Assembly (NCBI GenBank): GCA_900544605.1
Contig: UQVP01000001.1
Location: 21,858-85,857 of the forward strand
Length of the DNA: 64,000 bases
Direction: 5' to 3'
Source of the DNA: an uncultured Mycoplasmatota bacterium
Lineage (GTDB): Bacteria > Bacillota_I > Bacilli_A > RF39 > UBA660
The notes under the pieces are model-generated. The model searched no databases. It was not told the DNA's origin and worked only from the letters and a program-made list of their open reading frames with translations. Made by a program: the position numbers and the translations under genes. Below are positions 1 through 8,528 of the stretch, piece by piece. Position 1 is the stretch's first letter, and every line of letters begins with the position of its first letter.

Positions 1-962
1 TTGTTTTTAATATATTTCTTTAAAGTATTATTTAACTCCAATTTATCTTTAAAAAAGTTATCAAAATCTTTAACATCATAAATTTTTTTATTAGATAAAT
101 TTAAATTATCAAAAGACACAAAATTTATATATTTCCCAGGAAATAATTCTTCCAGTGAAAACATATATTTTTTATCTTTCTCTAATCCTTGGGAAATATT
201 ATATTCAACTATTTCATTTAAAGTTTCTTCATATCCTAACTTTATTTCATCATAATCATTAAATACAGTCAAATCAGAGTCTAAAAAATCTCTAACATTA
301 CTATTTTGTGTACTATTAACAATTATATTATCTGTATTAGGATATACATATATTTGATCTAATTTTTTTAGACTTAGTTGAGTATTAACATCAAAAATTC
401 TAATACTTTCTATTTCATCATCAAAAAATTCTAATCGCACTGGATTTTCCATAGATACAGGATATATATCAATTACAAAACCTCTAACAGCAAAATCACC
501 TGTTTTTTCTACCAAAGTTTCCTTTTCATATCCTAATTCTACCAAACTTTCAACTAATTTATTAAAATTAAATGTCATACCTGCTTTTAAATCTAAAATA
601 CCATTAAGAAATCTATGTTTGTCAGGAAGATATTTTAAATATCCCATTAAATTAGTTATAACTATATAGTTATTATTTTTAGATAACTCTATCATAGTTT
701 CAATTCTTTTTATTTTTAATTCAGGCGATGATGCTAAAACTTCACTAGTTAAAAAGTTATCCATGGGAAATAATAATACTTTTTCTGTATAATTATTTAT
801 ATATTGATACAAAGTATTAGCTTCATACAAACTATTTGTTACAACTAAAAAACCTTTATTTTTCTTTTTAAGTAATTCATAGCAATACATAGCTTTTAGT
901 TCACTATTTAAACCAACTATATTTGAAGCGTCAAAATTAAATTTTGAACTTATTATTTTCAT
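1..962 (-). CDS. mfd: Transcription-repair coupling factor Mfd, N-terminal part (5' partial: start codon at 960-962, gene runs off window start)
   Basis: Minus-strand translation from ATG 960-962 (RBS GGAGGTG at 967-975) gives ...VLLFPMDNFLTSEVLASSPELKIKRIETM... and ...ELGYEKETLVEKTGDFAVRGFVIDIYP...NPVRLEFFDDEIESIRIFD, matching remembered B. subtilis Mfd N-terminal motifs; sits downstream of pth as in Bacillus. Absent from the ORF track because there is no in-window stop. Confidence 0.8.
   Translation of the reverse strand, partial: MKIISSKFNFDASNIVGLNSELKAMYCYELLKKKNKGFLVVTNSLYEANTLYQYINNYTEKVLLFPMDNFLTSEVLASSPELKIKRIETMIELSKNNNYIVITNLMGYLKYLPDKHRFLNGILDLKAGMTFNFNKLVESLVELGYEKETLVEKTGDFAVRGFVIDIYPVSMENPVRLEFFDDEIESIRIFDVNTQLSLKKLDQIYVYPNTDNIIVNSTQNSNVRDFLDSDLTVFNDYDEIKLGYEETLNEIVEYNISQGLEKDKKYMFSLEELFPGKYINFVSFDNLNLSNKKIYDVKDFDNFFKDKLELNNTLKKYIKN
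130..145. promoter_or_regulatory. NBS-like 16-mer TATTTCCCAGGAAATA (copy A, inside mfd coding sequence)
   Basis: Exact 16-mer; inverted repeat TATTTCC-ca-GGAAATA; resembles B. subtilis Noc-binding site ATTTCCCGGGAAAT. Confidence 0.5.
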
Positions 963-1004
963 TAATACTCACCTCCTAACGACAAAAATGATACATTTGT
1001 ATCA

Positions 1005-1568
1005 TTAGTTCTTTTTATTATATTTATTCATTAATCTATCAAAATCCATTGAAAGAAAATCATCAATTATATTAGCGCTAATTTTAATAGCATGTTCTAA
1101 AATATCATACTCTTCTCTAGAAAATTTTCCTAAAACATAATCTTTTGTTTCAATACTTTTATCATTTGATATACCTATCTTTAAACGTTTATAATTATTA
1201 CTTCCAAGATTTGATTCTATATTTCTAAGTCCATTATGTCCACCACAACTACCGTGTTCGCGAAGTTTAATTTTTCCGATTGGTAAATCTAAATCATCAT
1301 TAATAATAAGAATATCGTCAATATTTATTTTATAAAATTTAACATAATCTCTAACCACTTCGCCAGAAAGATTCATATATTTTTGAGGTTTCAAAAATAT
1401 AACTTTTTCATTATTAATTGAAGTTTCACAAGATAAACCGCTAAATTTATTTTTATTAAACTCTAAACCGTTATTTGAAATATAATTATCAACAACCATA
1501 AATCCTACATTATGCCTTGTTTTTTCATATTCACATCCTGGATTACCTAATCCAACAATTAATTTCAT
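1005..1568 (-). CDS. pth: Peptidyl-tRNA hydrolase
   Basis: MKLIVGLGNPG...HNG motif family; conserved position next to mfd. Confidence 0.9.
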   Translation of the reverse strand: MKLIVGLGNPGCEYEKTRHNVGFMVVDNYISNNGLEFNKNKFSGLSCETSINNEKVIFLKPQKYMNLSGEVVRDYVKFYKINIDDILIINDDLDLPIGKIKLREHGSCGGHNGLRNIESNLGSNNYKRLKIGISNDKSIETKDYVLGKFSREEYDILEHAIKISANIIDDFLSMDFDRLMNKYNKKN

Positions 1569-1575
1569 AATTCAC

Positions 1576-2427
1576 CTACTTACTTATATTGTGATAAATA
1601 TTATATATTTCTTTTTTTGCAACATTTCTATCTTTCGCAACCAATTTTATAGCATCATTAACACTATTTCCTTCTTTTATATAAGCAGTAACATGCTCTG
1701 CTACACTTATATTTGTATAATCAACACAATCAGTATTTCCTTCAACAACTACAACAAATTCACCTTTTATATTATCAAATTTATCTATAACATCAACAAT
1801 TGTTCCTCGCACGACTTCTTCATATTTTTTACTTATTTCTTTAGAAATAGAAATTCGCCTATTTCCAAAAACTTTATAGATATCTTCCAAAGTTTCTTTT
1901 AATCGATGAGGTGATTCGTAAAAAATTATAGTTGCTTTTTCTTTTTTTAATTCTTCAAGTTCTTTGTTTCTTTTAGATTGTTTACTATTTAAAAACCCAT
2001 AAAATAAAAATGGCGATGGATTAAGTCCAGACGTAATTAAAGCAGGAATAAGTGCCGTAGGTCCTGGAAGACCAACTACATTATATCCCTTTTCGATAGC
2101 AATTTTTACTAAATCATAACCGGGATCACTTATAATCGGAGTGCCTCTATCTGTAACAATACCAACATCATGCCCATCATCTAAATATTTTAAAAACTTA
2201 TCTTTATTTTCTTTTTCATTATATTCATAACTTGATATAAGTTTTTTCTTAATATTTAAGTGATTTAGTAACAATGATGTAACTCTAGTATCTTCAGAAA
2301 AAATTACCTCAACCATTTTTAATGTATTAACAGCTCTTAATGTAATATCTTCCAAATTTCCGATTGGAGTTGGAATTAAATATACAGTTGGGCTTCCATC
2401 GTAACTTTTTTGAAACATACTTTTCAC
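1576..2427 (-). CDS. rsmI: 16S rRNA (cytidine1402-2'-O)-methyltransferase RsmI (tetrapyrrole-methylase fold)
   Basis: VYLIPTPIGNLEDITLRA... N-terminus typical of RsmI/YabC. Confidence 0.85.
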   Translation of the reverse strand: MKSMFQKSYDGSPTVYLIPTPIGNLEDITLRAVNTLKMVEVIFSEDTRVTSLLLNHLNIKKKLISSYEYNEKENKDKFLKYLDDGHDVGIVTDRGTPIISDPGYDLVKIAIEKGYNVVGLPGPTALIPALITSGLNPSPFLFYGFLNSKQSKRNKELEELKKEKATIIFYESPHRLKETLEDIYKVFGNRRISISKEISKKYEEVVRGTIVDVIDKFDNIKGEFVVVVEGNTDCVDYTNISVAEHVTAYIKEGNSVNDAIKLVAKDRNVAKKEIYNIYHNISK

Positions 2428-3146
2428 CTCTCAAAATATTTTAAAACTTCTTTTGTATATTTTCCATTTTCATCATGAACAATTAAATTTTCTAGAATTT
2501 TTAAACCTGGATTTCCATTTTTTCTACCTTCAACCAAGACCATATTAGCCTCTTTTCCTATTTTAGGATAAATAAACCTTATTTTTTTAGGCTCGATATT
2601 ATGGTTTCGCATTGAACATAAAATATCTACTAATCTATCAGGTCTATGAACGATTGCGACCACACCATTATTTTTCAATAATTTTCTAGATATTTTAAAT
2701 AAATCTTCTAAATTTAATTTTACTTCATGGCGTGCGATTGTTTTTGCATCATTTTTATTTAATTTAGATTGTTCACATACTTTAAAAAATGGAGGATTAC
2801 AAGTTATCACATCAAATGAATCACTTTCTATATTTTTACTTAACTCATTTATATCATCATTTATTATTGTTATCTGTTCTAAAAGATTATTCTCTAAAAC
2901 TGACTCTTTTGCTAGTTCAGCGATATCCTTTTGAATTTCTACACCAATTATTTTAGCATTTGTTTTTGTAGATAAAATAAGTGGAATCGGTCCATTTCCA
3001 CAGCCTATATCCATTATTTTTGTTATATTTTTATTTAAAGTAACAAAATTAGGTAATAAAACCGAATCTAAAGAAAAATTAAAACTTTCTGTATCTTGAA
3101 AAATATACATGTCATTATATCCTAATAAATAGTTTTTAACTTTCAT
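2424..3146 (-). CDS. Class I SAM-dependent methyltransferase, YabB/TrmN6-like
   Basis: DIGCGNG SAM motif and NPPF catalytic motif; overlaps neighbours by 4-11 nt (operon). Confidence 0.7.
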   Translation of the reverse strand: MKVKNYLLGYNDMYIFQDTESFNFSLDSVLLPNFVTLNKNITKIMDIGCGNGPIPLILSTKTNAKIIGVEIQKDIAELAKESVLENNLLEQITIINDDINELSKNIESDSFDVITCNPPFFKVCEQSKLNKNDAKTIARHEVKLNLEDLFKISRKLLKNNGVVAIVHRPDRLVDILCSMRNHNIEPKKIRFIYPKIGKEANMVLVEGRKNGNPGLKILENLIVHDENGKYTKEVLKYFER

Positions 3147-3930
3147 CTTCTAATTGAACCTCTATAACTCCTATTTTAGGAACATCTACTGAATATCGTT
3201 TATTTAGTATATCTAAATTTATTACTTTTCCTTCACCTTTTTCTGTTGAAACAGTTTGTCCAATTTTTGGCAAACCTTTTCTACAACATTTATAATTTTC
3301 ATCTTCATACTTTAAACAACATAATAAACGGCCACATAGACCATTTATTTTAGAAGGATTAAGCGCTATATTTTGATTTTTTGCCATATTAATAGATACT
3401 GAGTCTAAATCCTTTAAGAATCTTGAACAGCATAATTGTTGACCGCATAAACCACATCCACCAACTTCTTTAGCTTTATCTCTTGATCCTATCTGTCTTA
3501 ATTCAATTCTTGTTTTATATTTATTGGCTAATTCTTTGGCTAAATTTCTAAAATCTATTCTAGAATCTGATAAAAATCTAAAAAGTAATTGTTCACGATC
3601 AAAGGTATAATGTGCATCAACTAAAGTCATATTCAAGTTATTTTTTTCTACTAATTCTTTACAATAAATCAATGCTTTCTTTTCAATTTGCTGATTTTTT
3701 TTGTTTTTTAAAAAATCTTCTTTTGTGGCTATACGAACTATTTCATTTAATGGCTTATTATACTTCTTTTTATCGATATTATAATTTTCTAATTCAACCG
3801 TACCAAATTCTAAACCTTTTTCTGTTTCTACAATTACAGTAATTCCCCTTTTTAATTTTTTATTTCCTGGTAAGAAATTATACACAGTTTTGTTATTATT
3901 GTTAAATTTAATTCCAACTACTTCTATCAT
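3136..3930 (-). CDS. ricT: PSP1-domain protein RicT/YaaT
   Basis: Cys-rich PSP1 C-terminal block (CGLCGQQLCC...CGRLLCC); follows holB as in Bacillus. Confidence 0.8.
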   Translation of the reverse strand: MIEVVGIKFNNNNKTVYNFLPGNKKLKRGITVIVETEKGLEFGTVELENYNIDKKKYNKPLNEIVRIATKEDFLKNKKNQQIEKKALIYCKELVEKNNLNMTLVDAHYTFDREQLLFRFLSDSRIDFRNLAKELANKYKTRIELRQIGSRDKAKEVGGCGLCGQQLCCSRFLKDLDSVSINMAKNQNIALNPSKINGLCGRLLCCLKYEDENYKCCRKGLPKIGQTVSTEKGEGKVINLDILNKRYSVDVPKIGVIEVQLEDES

Positions 3931-4908
3931 TTAATCACCTTCTAACATTAAAATTAATTTGTCTAATACTAAATTAAGATTACAATTATACTTTAATCTA
4001 TCTTCTATTTTTAATATTGTTAATATTTTGTTTGCTAATTTATCAGTATCATTTTTTGAAGCTATTAATTCTAATATATCTTTGTTTTCTTCAAATATTT
4101 TTTCAGATTTTATTATTTTATAATTTAAAGCCTCATTGTATATTAACAGCAATATTTTTAAATACTCTTGAAAAAGTAATTTATCCTTTAAAATTATTGA
4201 ACATATTGTGTTTTCTTTTAAAAGTGTTTCTTTTTTGTTATTTTCTATAGATTTAATAAATTTAATAACAGCATTTAACAAATTTTTGCTTTGTTCATTT
4301 TGAATAAATTCCATTTGCTTTGTTTTGTCATCAAATATATAATTTGCTACACGTTCTAAATCTGTATTTCCTATTACATTTTTTTTATTTATTAATTTTA
4401 TTTTTTGACATCTTGAAGAAATTGTATCGAGTAACATCTCGGCATTATTTACAACTAATATTGCAACTATATTTTCTTCTGGCTCTTCTAAAAATTTCAA
4501 AATAGAATTTGCTGCTGCTTCATTCATTTTTTCTGCTTGATCTATAATATATACTTTTGTTGATGCTGTAACAGCTTTAGTAGAAAAATCTTTTTGAAGG
4601 CCACTTAATTGGTCTTTTTTTATCCACATACCATCTGGTTTTATTATTTCCAACTCTGTACTATTACCATTATCAATTTGTGTACAAAGATCACAATCAC
4701 CACAAAGATTATGTTCTATATTTTTTGTAGGACATAGTATGGCTTTAGCAAACGATAAAGCAAAATCATAACCTCTATAGTAATTATTAGTTTCTATAAT
4801 ATATGCATGAGAAATATTTTGATTTTTTAATTGTCTATATAATATTTCACAAGCTATATGATTATCTGCATAATATTCACTAAGCATATCATACTCCCTT
4901 TCTATCAA
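3931..4908 (-). CDS. holB: DNA polymerase III delta-prime subunit
   Basis: AAA+ clamp-loader like N-terminus with Cys cluster CGDCDLC; synteny holB-ricT. Confidence 0.8.
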   Translation of the reverse strand: MIEREYDMLSEYYADNHIACEILYRQLKNQNISHAYIIETNNYYRGYDFALSFAKAILCPTKNIEHNLCGDCDLCTQIDNGNSTELEIIKPDGMWIKKDQLSGLQKDFSTKAVTASTKVYIIDQAEKMNEAAANSILKFLEEPEENIVAILVVNNAEMLLDTISSRCQKIKLINKKNVIGNTDLERVANYIFDDKTKQMEFIQNEQSKNLLNAVIKFIKSIENNKKETLLKENTICSIILKDKLLFQEYLKILLLIYNEALNYKIIKSEKIFEENKDILELIASKNDTDKLANKILTILKIEDRLKYNCNLNLVLDKLILMLEGD

Positions 4909-5093
4909 AATACAAAAAATATCAATGCAATTAATGATAGTAATGCTGGCACCCCAAATATAGCAACATATAGGACAGTCAATATATTTAAAGGTACCAA
5001 AATTCCTAGTGGTACTGCAATTAAATTATAACCATAAATTAAGAACATTGAAAAAACTATTTTTTTTAATATTTGAAATATTTTTTTTAACAT
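4905..5093 (-). CDS. bofA: Small integral membrane protein, BofA-like (pro-sigma-K processing inhibitor family)
   Basis: 62 aa, two TM segments; ...GILVPLNILTVLYVAIFGVPALLSL... resembles BofA core GIHVPINLVT...GIPGIAALV; located after recR as bofA is in B. subtilis. Confidence 0.5.
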   Translation of the reverse strand: MLKKIFQILKKIVFSMFLIYGYNLIAVPLGILVPLNILTVLYVAIFGVPALLSLIALIFFVF

Positions 5094-5130
5094 ATATCTT
5101 CACCTCTATAAATGATATGAAGATAAATGC

Positions 5131-5736
5131 TTAATTAGATATTTTTTTTCTGTCTTCTAAAGCTAATTCTAAAGTTAAAGTATCAATATAATCCATATCT
5201 GTTCCTAATGGAACTCCATGAGCAATTTTAGTAACTAGTACTTGAGTGTTTTCAAATATCTTTGAAATATATAATGCTGTTGTTTCTCCTTCTATACTAG
5301 GTTTGACTGCGATAATTATTTCTTTAATCTTTTCTTTTTCTACTCTATCCACTAGAGATTTGATATTTATATCATCTGGTGTTATTCCATCTAATGGAGA
5401 AATTAACCCATTTAAAACATGGTATTTTCCCGAAAATGATTCCGTTCTTTCAAACATAATTATATTTTTAGGATATTCTACAACACATAGAACATCATTT
5501 TTACGATTTTTGTCACTACATATTTCGCAAATATCTTCTTCCGAAAAATTATTGCAAATTTTACATTTTTTAATTTTATTTTTTACATCTAATAAAGATT
5601 TAGCAAAAAATTCAACTTGATCTTTATCTTCTTCTAATATTGATAAAGCCATGCGTTCTGCTGATTTTTCACCAACACTAGGTAATTTTTTTAAACTATC
5701 TATTAAATTTCTTATACTTTTTGGATAACTATACAT
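5131..5736 (-). CDS. recR: Recombination protein RecR
   Basis: C4 zinc finger (CKICNNFSEEDICEIC) plus Toprim region; dnaX-ybaB-recR synteny. Confidence 0.9.
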   Translation of the reverse strand: MYSYPKSIRNLIDSLKKLPSVGEKSAERMALSILEEDKDQVEFFAKSLLDVKNKIKKCKICNNFSEEDICEICSDKNRKNDVLCVVEYPKNIIMFERTESFSGKYHVLNGLISPLDGITPDDINIKSLVDRVEKEKIKEIIIAVKPSIEGETTALYISKIFENTQVLVTKIAHGVPLGTDMDYIDTLTLELALEDRKKISN

Positions 5737-6032
5737 TAAAATAAACCTGGCATTCCTTGAGTATATTTACCTAATTTTTCTTCAGTTTCTGTTTCTATTT
5801 GTTTTAAAGTGTCATTAACAGCAACCATAATCATATCTTCTAACATTTCTATGTCATCACTTTCTATAGTATCAGCTTCAATTTTTACTTCAATCAACTT
5901 TTTAGCACCTGTCATTTTAACACTTACTAAAGACGATTTTGATTCAAATACTTTATTGTTTATCTCATTTTGAGCTTCTAGCATATCTTTTTGCAATTTT
6001 TGAGCTTGTTTCATTATAGCTTGCATATTCAT
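5736..6032 (-). CDS. ybaB: Nucleoid-associated protein YbaB/EbfC
   Basis: 98 aa, MNMQAIMKQAQKLQ... typical YbaB N-terminus; synteny. Confidence 0.9.
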   Translation of the reverse strand: MNMQAIMKQAQKLQKDMLEAQNEINNKVFESKSSLVSVKMTGAKKLIEVKIEADTIESDDIEMLEDMIMVAVNDTLKQIETETEEKLGKYTQGMPGLF

Positions 6033-6045
6033 AATATCTTTCCTC

Positions 6046-7743
6046 CTAATTGTAATTTATTGCATCACTAAATAAATTTTCTATTTCATTTTTATTTTCA
6101 TTTTCATTTTTTAATATCTGATCTATACTTTCTGTTTCTTCAACATATGTATATTGTTTAAGATGTGAATTAAATTCTTTCTTAATTATTTCCCAGGAAA
6201 TATTATCCGTTGAAATAACTTTATAATTATGTTTAAAAACTTTAGCAACTATTTCTTCTATTTTTAAAATATTTTCGTTAAATAGGTCACTATCAGTTTC
6301 TGTATTAAATACATAAATAAGATAATTTTCACTTGCTGCCTTTAAATTTCCATCTAGAATAATAGAAACGTATTTACTATAATCTAGATTTATCAAAAGA
6401 GGCTTTAAATCATCTTCTAATGATTTTATCTTTGTTAATTCTTTTTTATTAAATTTTGCTAAAGTATTATTGATTCTTATTTCCTTTATTTTTTTTAATT
6501 TTTCTTTTATTTCTCGGTTAATCGGTGTAAACGAATTATCAACTTTATATGAATTATTTTCTTTTTTTATTACAGTTTTTGATTCATTTTTATTTTCTAT
6601 TGGTCTTACTGAAAGGTTTTCTTTTATCAAATTTGATACATATTGTTTGTTTTGTGTTTTTTCATAATTGAGTAACTTTAAAATCAATAATTCAAATTGT
6701 AGTCTTTGTACTGTACCTTTTTTTATAACAGATAAATTTTGATTCATTGTATCTATCAAATCAATTAATTCTAATTTTGACAATATTCCAGACATATTTT
6801 TATATACCTCAGTATCATAGTTACTATCAATTAAATATTGTGGTGCTTCTTCAACTATTAATACATTTTTAAAAAACAATATTAATTCCTCTAAAATTTT
6901 AGTAAAGTTTTTACCAGTTTCATCAAAATTATCAATTTTTGTTAAAACTTCATAGACATTTTTATTTAAAATTTCTATTGCAAATTTAGATAATTCTTCT
7001 TGTGTTAGTGTTCCATTAATCAAATGAACATCTTCTACTGTTATTTCATTTTGTGTAAAAGATGAAACTTGATCAAGAATACTTAAAGAATCTCGCATTC
7101 CACCATCAGCTAATCTTGCTATTTCTCTTATACTATCATCTGTTATTTTTATATTTTCTTTATTACAAATATCTTTTAATCTTTTAAAAATACAATTATT
7201 ACTTATTTTTTTAAAATCAAATCGTTGACATCTTGATAAAATAGTTAAAGGTATTTTTTGAGGTTCAGTTGTTGCTAATATGAAAATAGCATGTTTTGGT
7301 GGTTCTTCTAATGTTTTTAATAGGGCATTAAAAGCACCTGTAGTAAGCATATGGACTTCATCAATTATATATATCTTATACTTTCCTAAAGAAGGTACTA
7401 AATTAACTTTATTACGTAATTCTCTTATTTCATCAACACCATTATTTGAAGCTGCGTCTATTTCTATAACATCCACGTGATTTTTATTAATATTTTGTGT
7501 ACAATTAACGCATTTATTACAAGCTACACCATCAACCAGGTTTTCACAGTTTACTGATTTTGCTAATATTTTTGCTATACTTGTTTTACCTGTTCCTCTA
7601 GGTCCCGTAAATAAATAAGCATGATTTATATTACCAAGTTTTAAAGAATTTAATAGTGTTTTTACTATTATATCTTGGCCTACCACATCAGAAAAATCTA
7701 TCGGTCTATATTTTCTATATAATGCTTGATACATATTAATCAC
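6046..7743 (-). CDS. dnaX: DNA polymerase III subunit tau/gamma
   Basis: Walker A GPRGTGKTS, zinc module CNKCVNC, SRC motif (LSRCQRF). Confidence 0.9.
   Translation of the reverse strand: MINMYQALYRKYRPIDFSDVVGQDIIVKTLLNSLKLGNINHAYLFTGPRGTGKTSIAKILAKSVNCENLVDGVACNKCVNCTQNINKNHVDVIEIDAASNNGVDEIRELRNKVNLVPSLGKYKIYIIDEVHMLTTGAFNALLKTLEEPPKHAIFILATTEPQKIPLTILSRCQRFDFKKISNNCIFKRLKDICNKENIKITDDSIREIARLADGGMRDSLSILDQVSSFTQNEITVEDVHLINGTLTQEELSKFAIEILNKNVYEVLTKIDNFDETGKNFTKILEELILFFKNVLIVEEAPQYLIDSNYDTEVYKNMSGILSKLELIDLIDTMNQNLSVIKKGTVQRLQFELLILKLLNYEKTQNKQYVSNLIKENLSVRPIENKNESKTVIKKENNSYKVDNSFTPINREIKEKLKKIKEIRINNTLAKFNKKELTKIKSLEDDLKPLLINLDYSKYVSIILDGNLKAASENYLIYVFNTETDSDLFNENILKIEEIVAKVFKHNYKVISTDNISWEIIKKEFNSHLKQYTYVEETESIDQILKNENENKNEIENLFSDAINYN
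6187..6202. promoter_or_regulatory. NBS-like 16-mer TATTTCCCAGGAAATA (copy B, inside dnaX coding sequence)
   Basis: Exact 16-mer; encodes ISWEII in dnaX (minus strand), a different frame and peptide from copies A and D. Confidence 0.5.
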
Positions 7744-7787
7744 CTCTTGTTTTATTATATCATTTTGAATATCATTTTTTAATTATT

Positions 7788-8207
7788 TTACCTCTTTTCT
7801 TTAAAAAAAGATTTTATATAATCAATATATTCATTCGATATTTTACATTCACAAACTTGTAATTTTGTTTCTATATTATATTTACTTTTAAATCCAAAAT
7901 TCATATTTTTTAAGCCATAATAAATTTTACTTATTCGTGACTGTTCTATTGCACCGTAGCACATTAAACAGGGTTCCATCGTTGTATATATTTCACATCC
8001 ATCTAAATGCCATGTTTTTAATTTTTTACAAGCTCTTTCTATAGCAATAATTTCTGCATGTTTAGTAGTTATTTGTTTATTTTCTTTTTTATTATAAGCT
8101 TTAGATATAATTTTTCCATTTTTAACAATAATGGCGCCTATAGGTACTTCTTGCTTTTTATATGCTTTTAGTGCTTGTTTTAAAGCTAAATCCATAAAAT
8201 TGTTCAT
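7788..8207 (-). CDS. tadA: tRNA-specific adenosine deaminase
   Basis: HAE...PCLMCYGA deaminase zinc motifs. Confidence 0.9.
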   Translation of the reverse strand: MNNFMDLALKQALKAYKKQEVPIGAIIVKNGKIISKAYNKKENKQITTKHAEIIAIERACKKLKTWHLDGCEIYTTMEPCLMCYGAIEQSRISKIYYGLKNMNFGFKSKYNIETKLQVCECKISNEYIDYIKSFFKEKR

Positions 8208-8224
8208 TTTTTATCACCTTTATA

Positions 8225-8242
8225 ATGTTTCACGTGAAACAT
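8225..8242. promoter_or_regulatory. parS: parS site 1 (aTGTTTCACGTGAAACAt, perfect palindrome)
   Basis: Exact match to the Bacillus-type parS consensus TGTTNCACGTGAAACA. Confidence 0.8.
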
Positions 8243-8257
8243 AAATCTATTTTGCAA

Positions 8258-8275
8258 TGTTCCACGTGGAACATC
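8258..8275. promoter_or_regulatory. parS: parS site 2 (aTGTTCCACGTGGAACAt, symmetric variant)
   Basis: 16/16 palindrome with CACGTG core, one symmetric substitution relative to site 1; abuts the 3' U tract of ffs. Confidence 0.7.
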
Positions 8276-8277
8276 AT

Positions 8278-8355
8278 AAAAAAAGCACACACATTTAGAG
8301 GATCTTAAGGCTGCTATTTTCCAATTCTGACCTGGTTCAAACATAAATGTTGTGC
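8278..8355 (-). ncRNA. ffs: Signal recognition particle RNA, small (4.5S-type)
   Basis: Minus-strand RNA gcacaacauuuauguuugaACCAGGUCAGaauuGGAAaauAGCAGCCuuaagauccucuaaaugugugugcUUUUUUU carries the conserved domain-IV signature CCAGGUCAG...GGAA...AGCAGCC of E. coli 4.5S; termini pair (gcacaacauuua / uaaaugugugugc) and end in a U tract. Ends are approximate (+/-5 nt). Confidence 0.8.
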
Positions 8356-8434
8356 ATTAATAATATATTATATTTTTAATATTTTTTCAACACTTATATG
8401 GTCTAATTTATAATTAAATTAAAAATTACTATAT

Positions 8435-8452
8435 ATGTTTCACGTGAAACAT
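8435..8452. promoter_or_regulatory. parS: parS site 3 (TGTTTCACGTGAAACA inside a 26-bp palindrome atatatgtttcacgtgaaacatatat)
   Basis: Perfect core identical to site 1. Confidence 0.8.
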
Positions 8453-8473
8453 ATATAATCTCTTATATAAATT

Positions 8474-8489
8474 ATTTCCCAGGAAATAA
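8474..8489. promoter_or_regulatory. NBS-like 16-mer TATTTCCCAGGAAATA (copy C, intergenic between parS sites 3 and 4)
   Basis: Exact 16-mer. Confidence 0.5.
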
Positions 8490-8505
8490 TTTTAAAAAGA
8501 AAAGA

Positions 8506-8523
8506 ATGTTTCACGTGAAACAT
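8506..8523. promoter_or_regulatory. parS: parS site 4, also the stem of a bidirectional intrinsic terminator just downstream of gyrA
   Basis: agaaTGTTTCACGTGAAACAttct flanked by T runs on both strands; gyrA stop at 8529. Confidence 0.75.
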
Positions 8524-8528
8524 TCTTT

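Noticed and set aside
1591-1902. Antisense ORF (103 aa) inside rsmI. The same applies to similar ORFs at 3612-3842, 4017-4250, 4320-4505, 5246-5620, 6470-6667, 7280-7480, 8659-9024, 10727-10918, 15581-15847, 16467-16745, 16977-17228, 19925-20128, 21195-21434, 24866-25054, 25922-26137, 27074-27403, 29067-29252, 31669-31875, 32115-32354, 33038-33226, 33963-34193, 36443-36631, 37246-37467, 39239-39451, 41194-41376, 41763-41975, 45568-45801, 46250-46483, 50747-50995, 52918-53100, 56481-56714, 58902-59132, 59036-59323, 59312-59548 and 62995-63189.
   Set aside because: These are low-complexity, Phe/Ile/Leu/Asn-rich translations of the opposite strand of well-supported genes. Stop codons are rare on the antisense strand of AT-rich coding DNA, so such ORFs are expected by chance. 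None has an RBS or recognisable domain.
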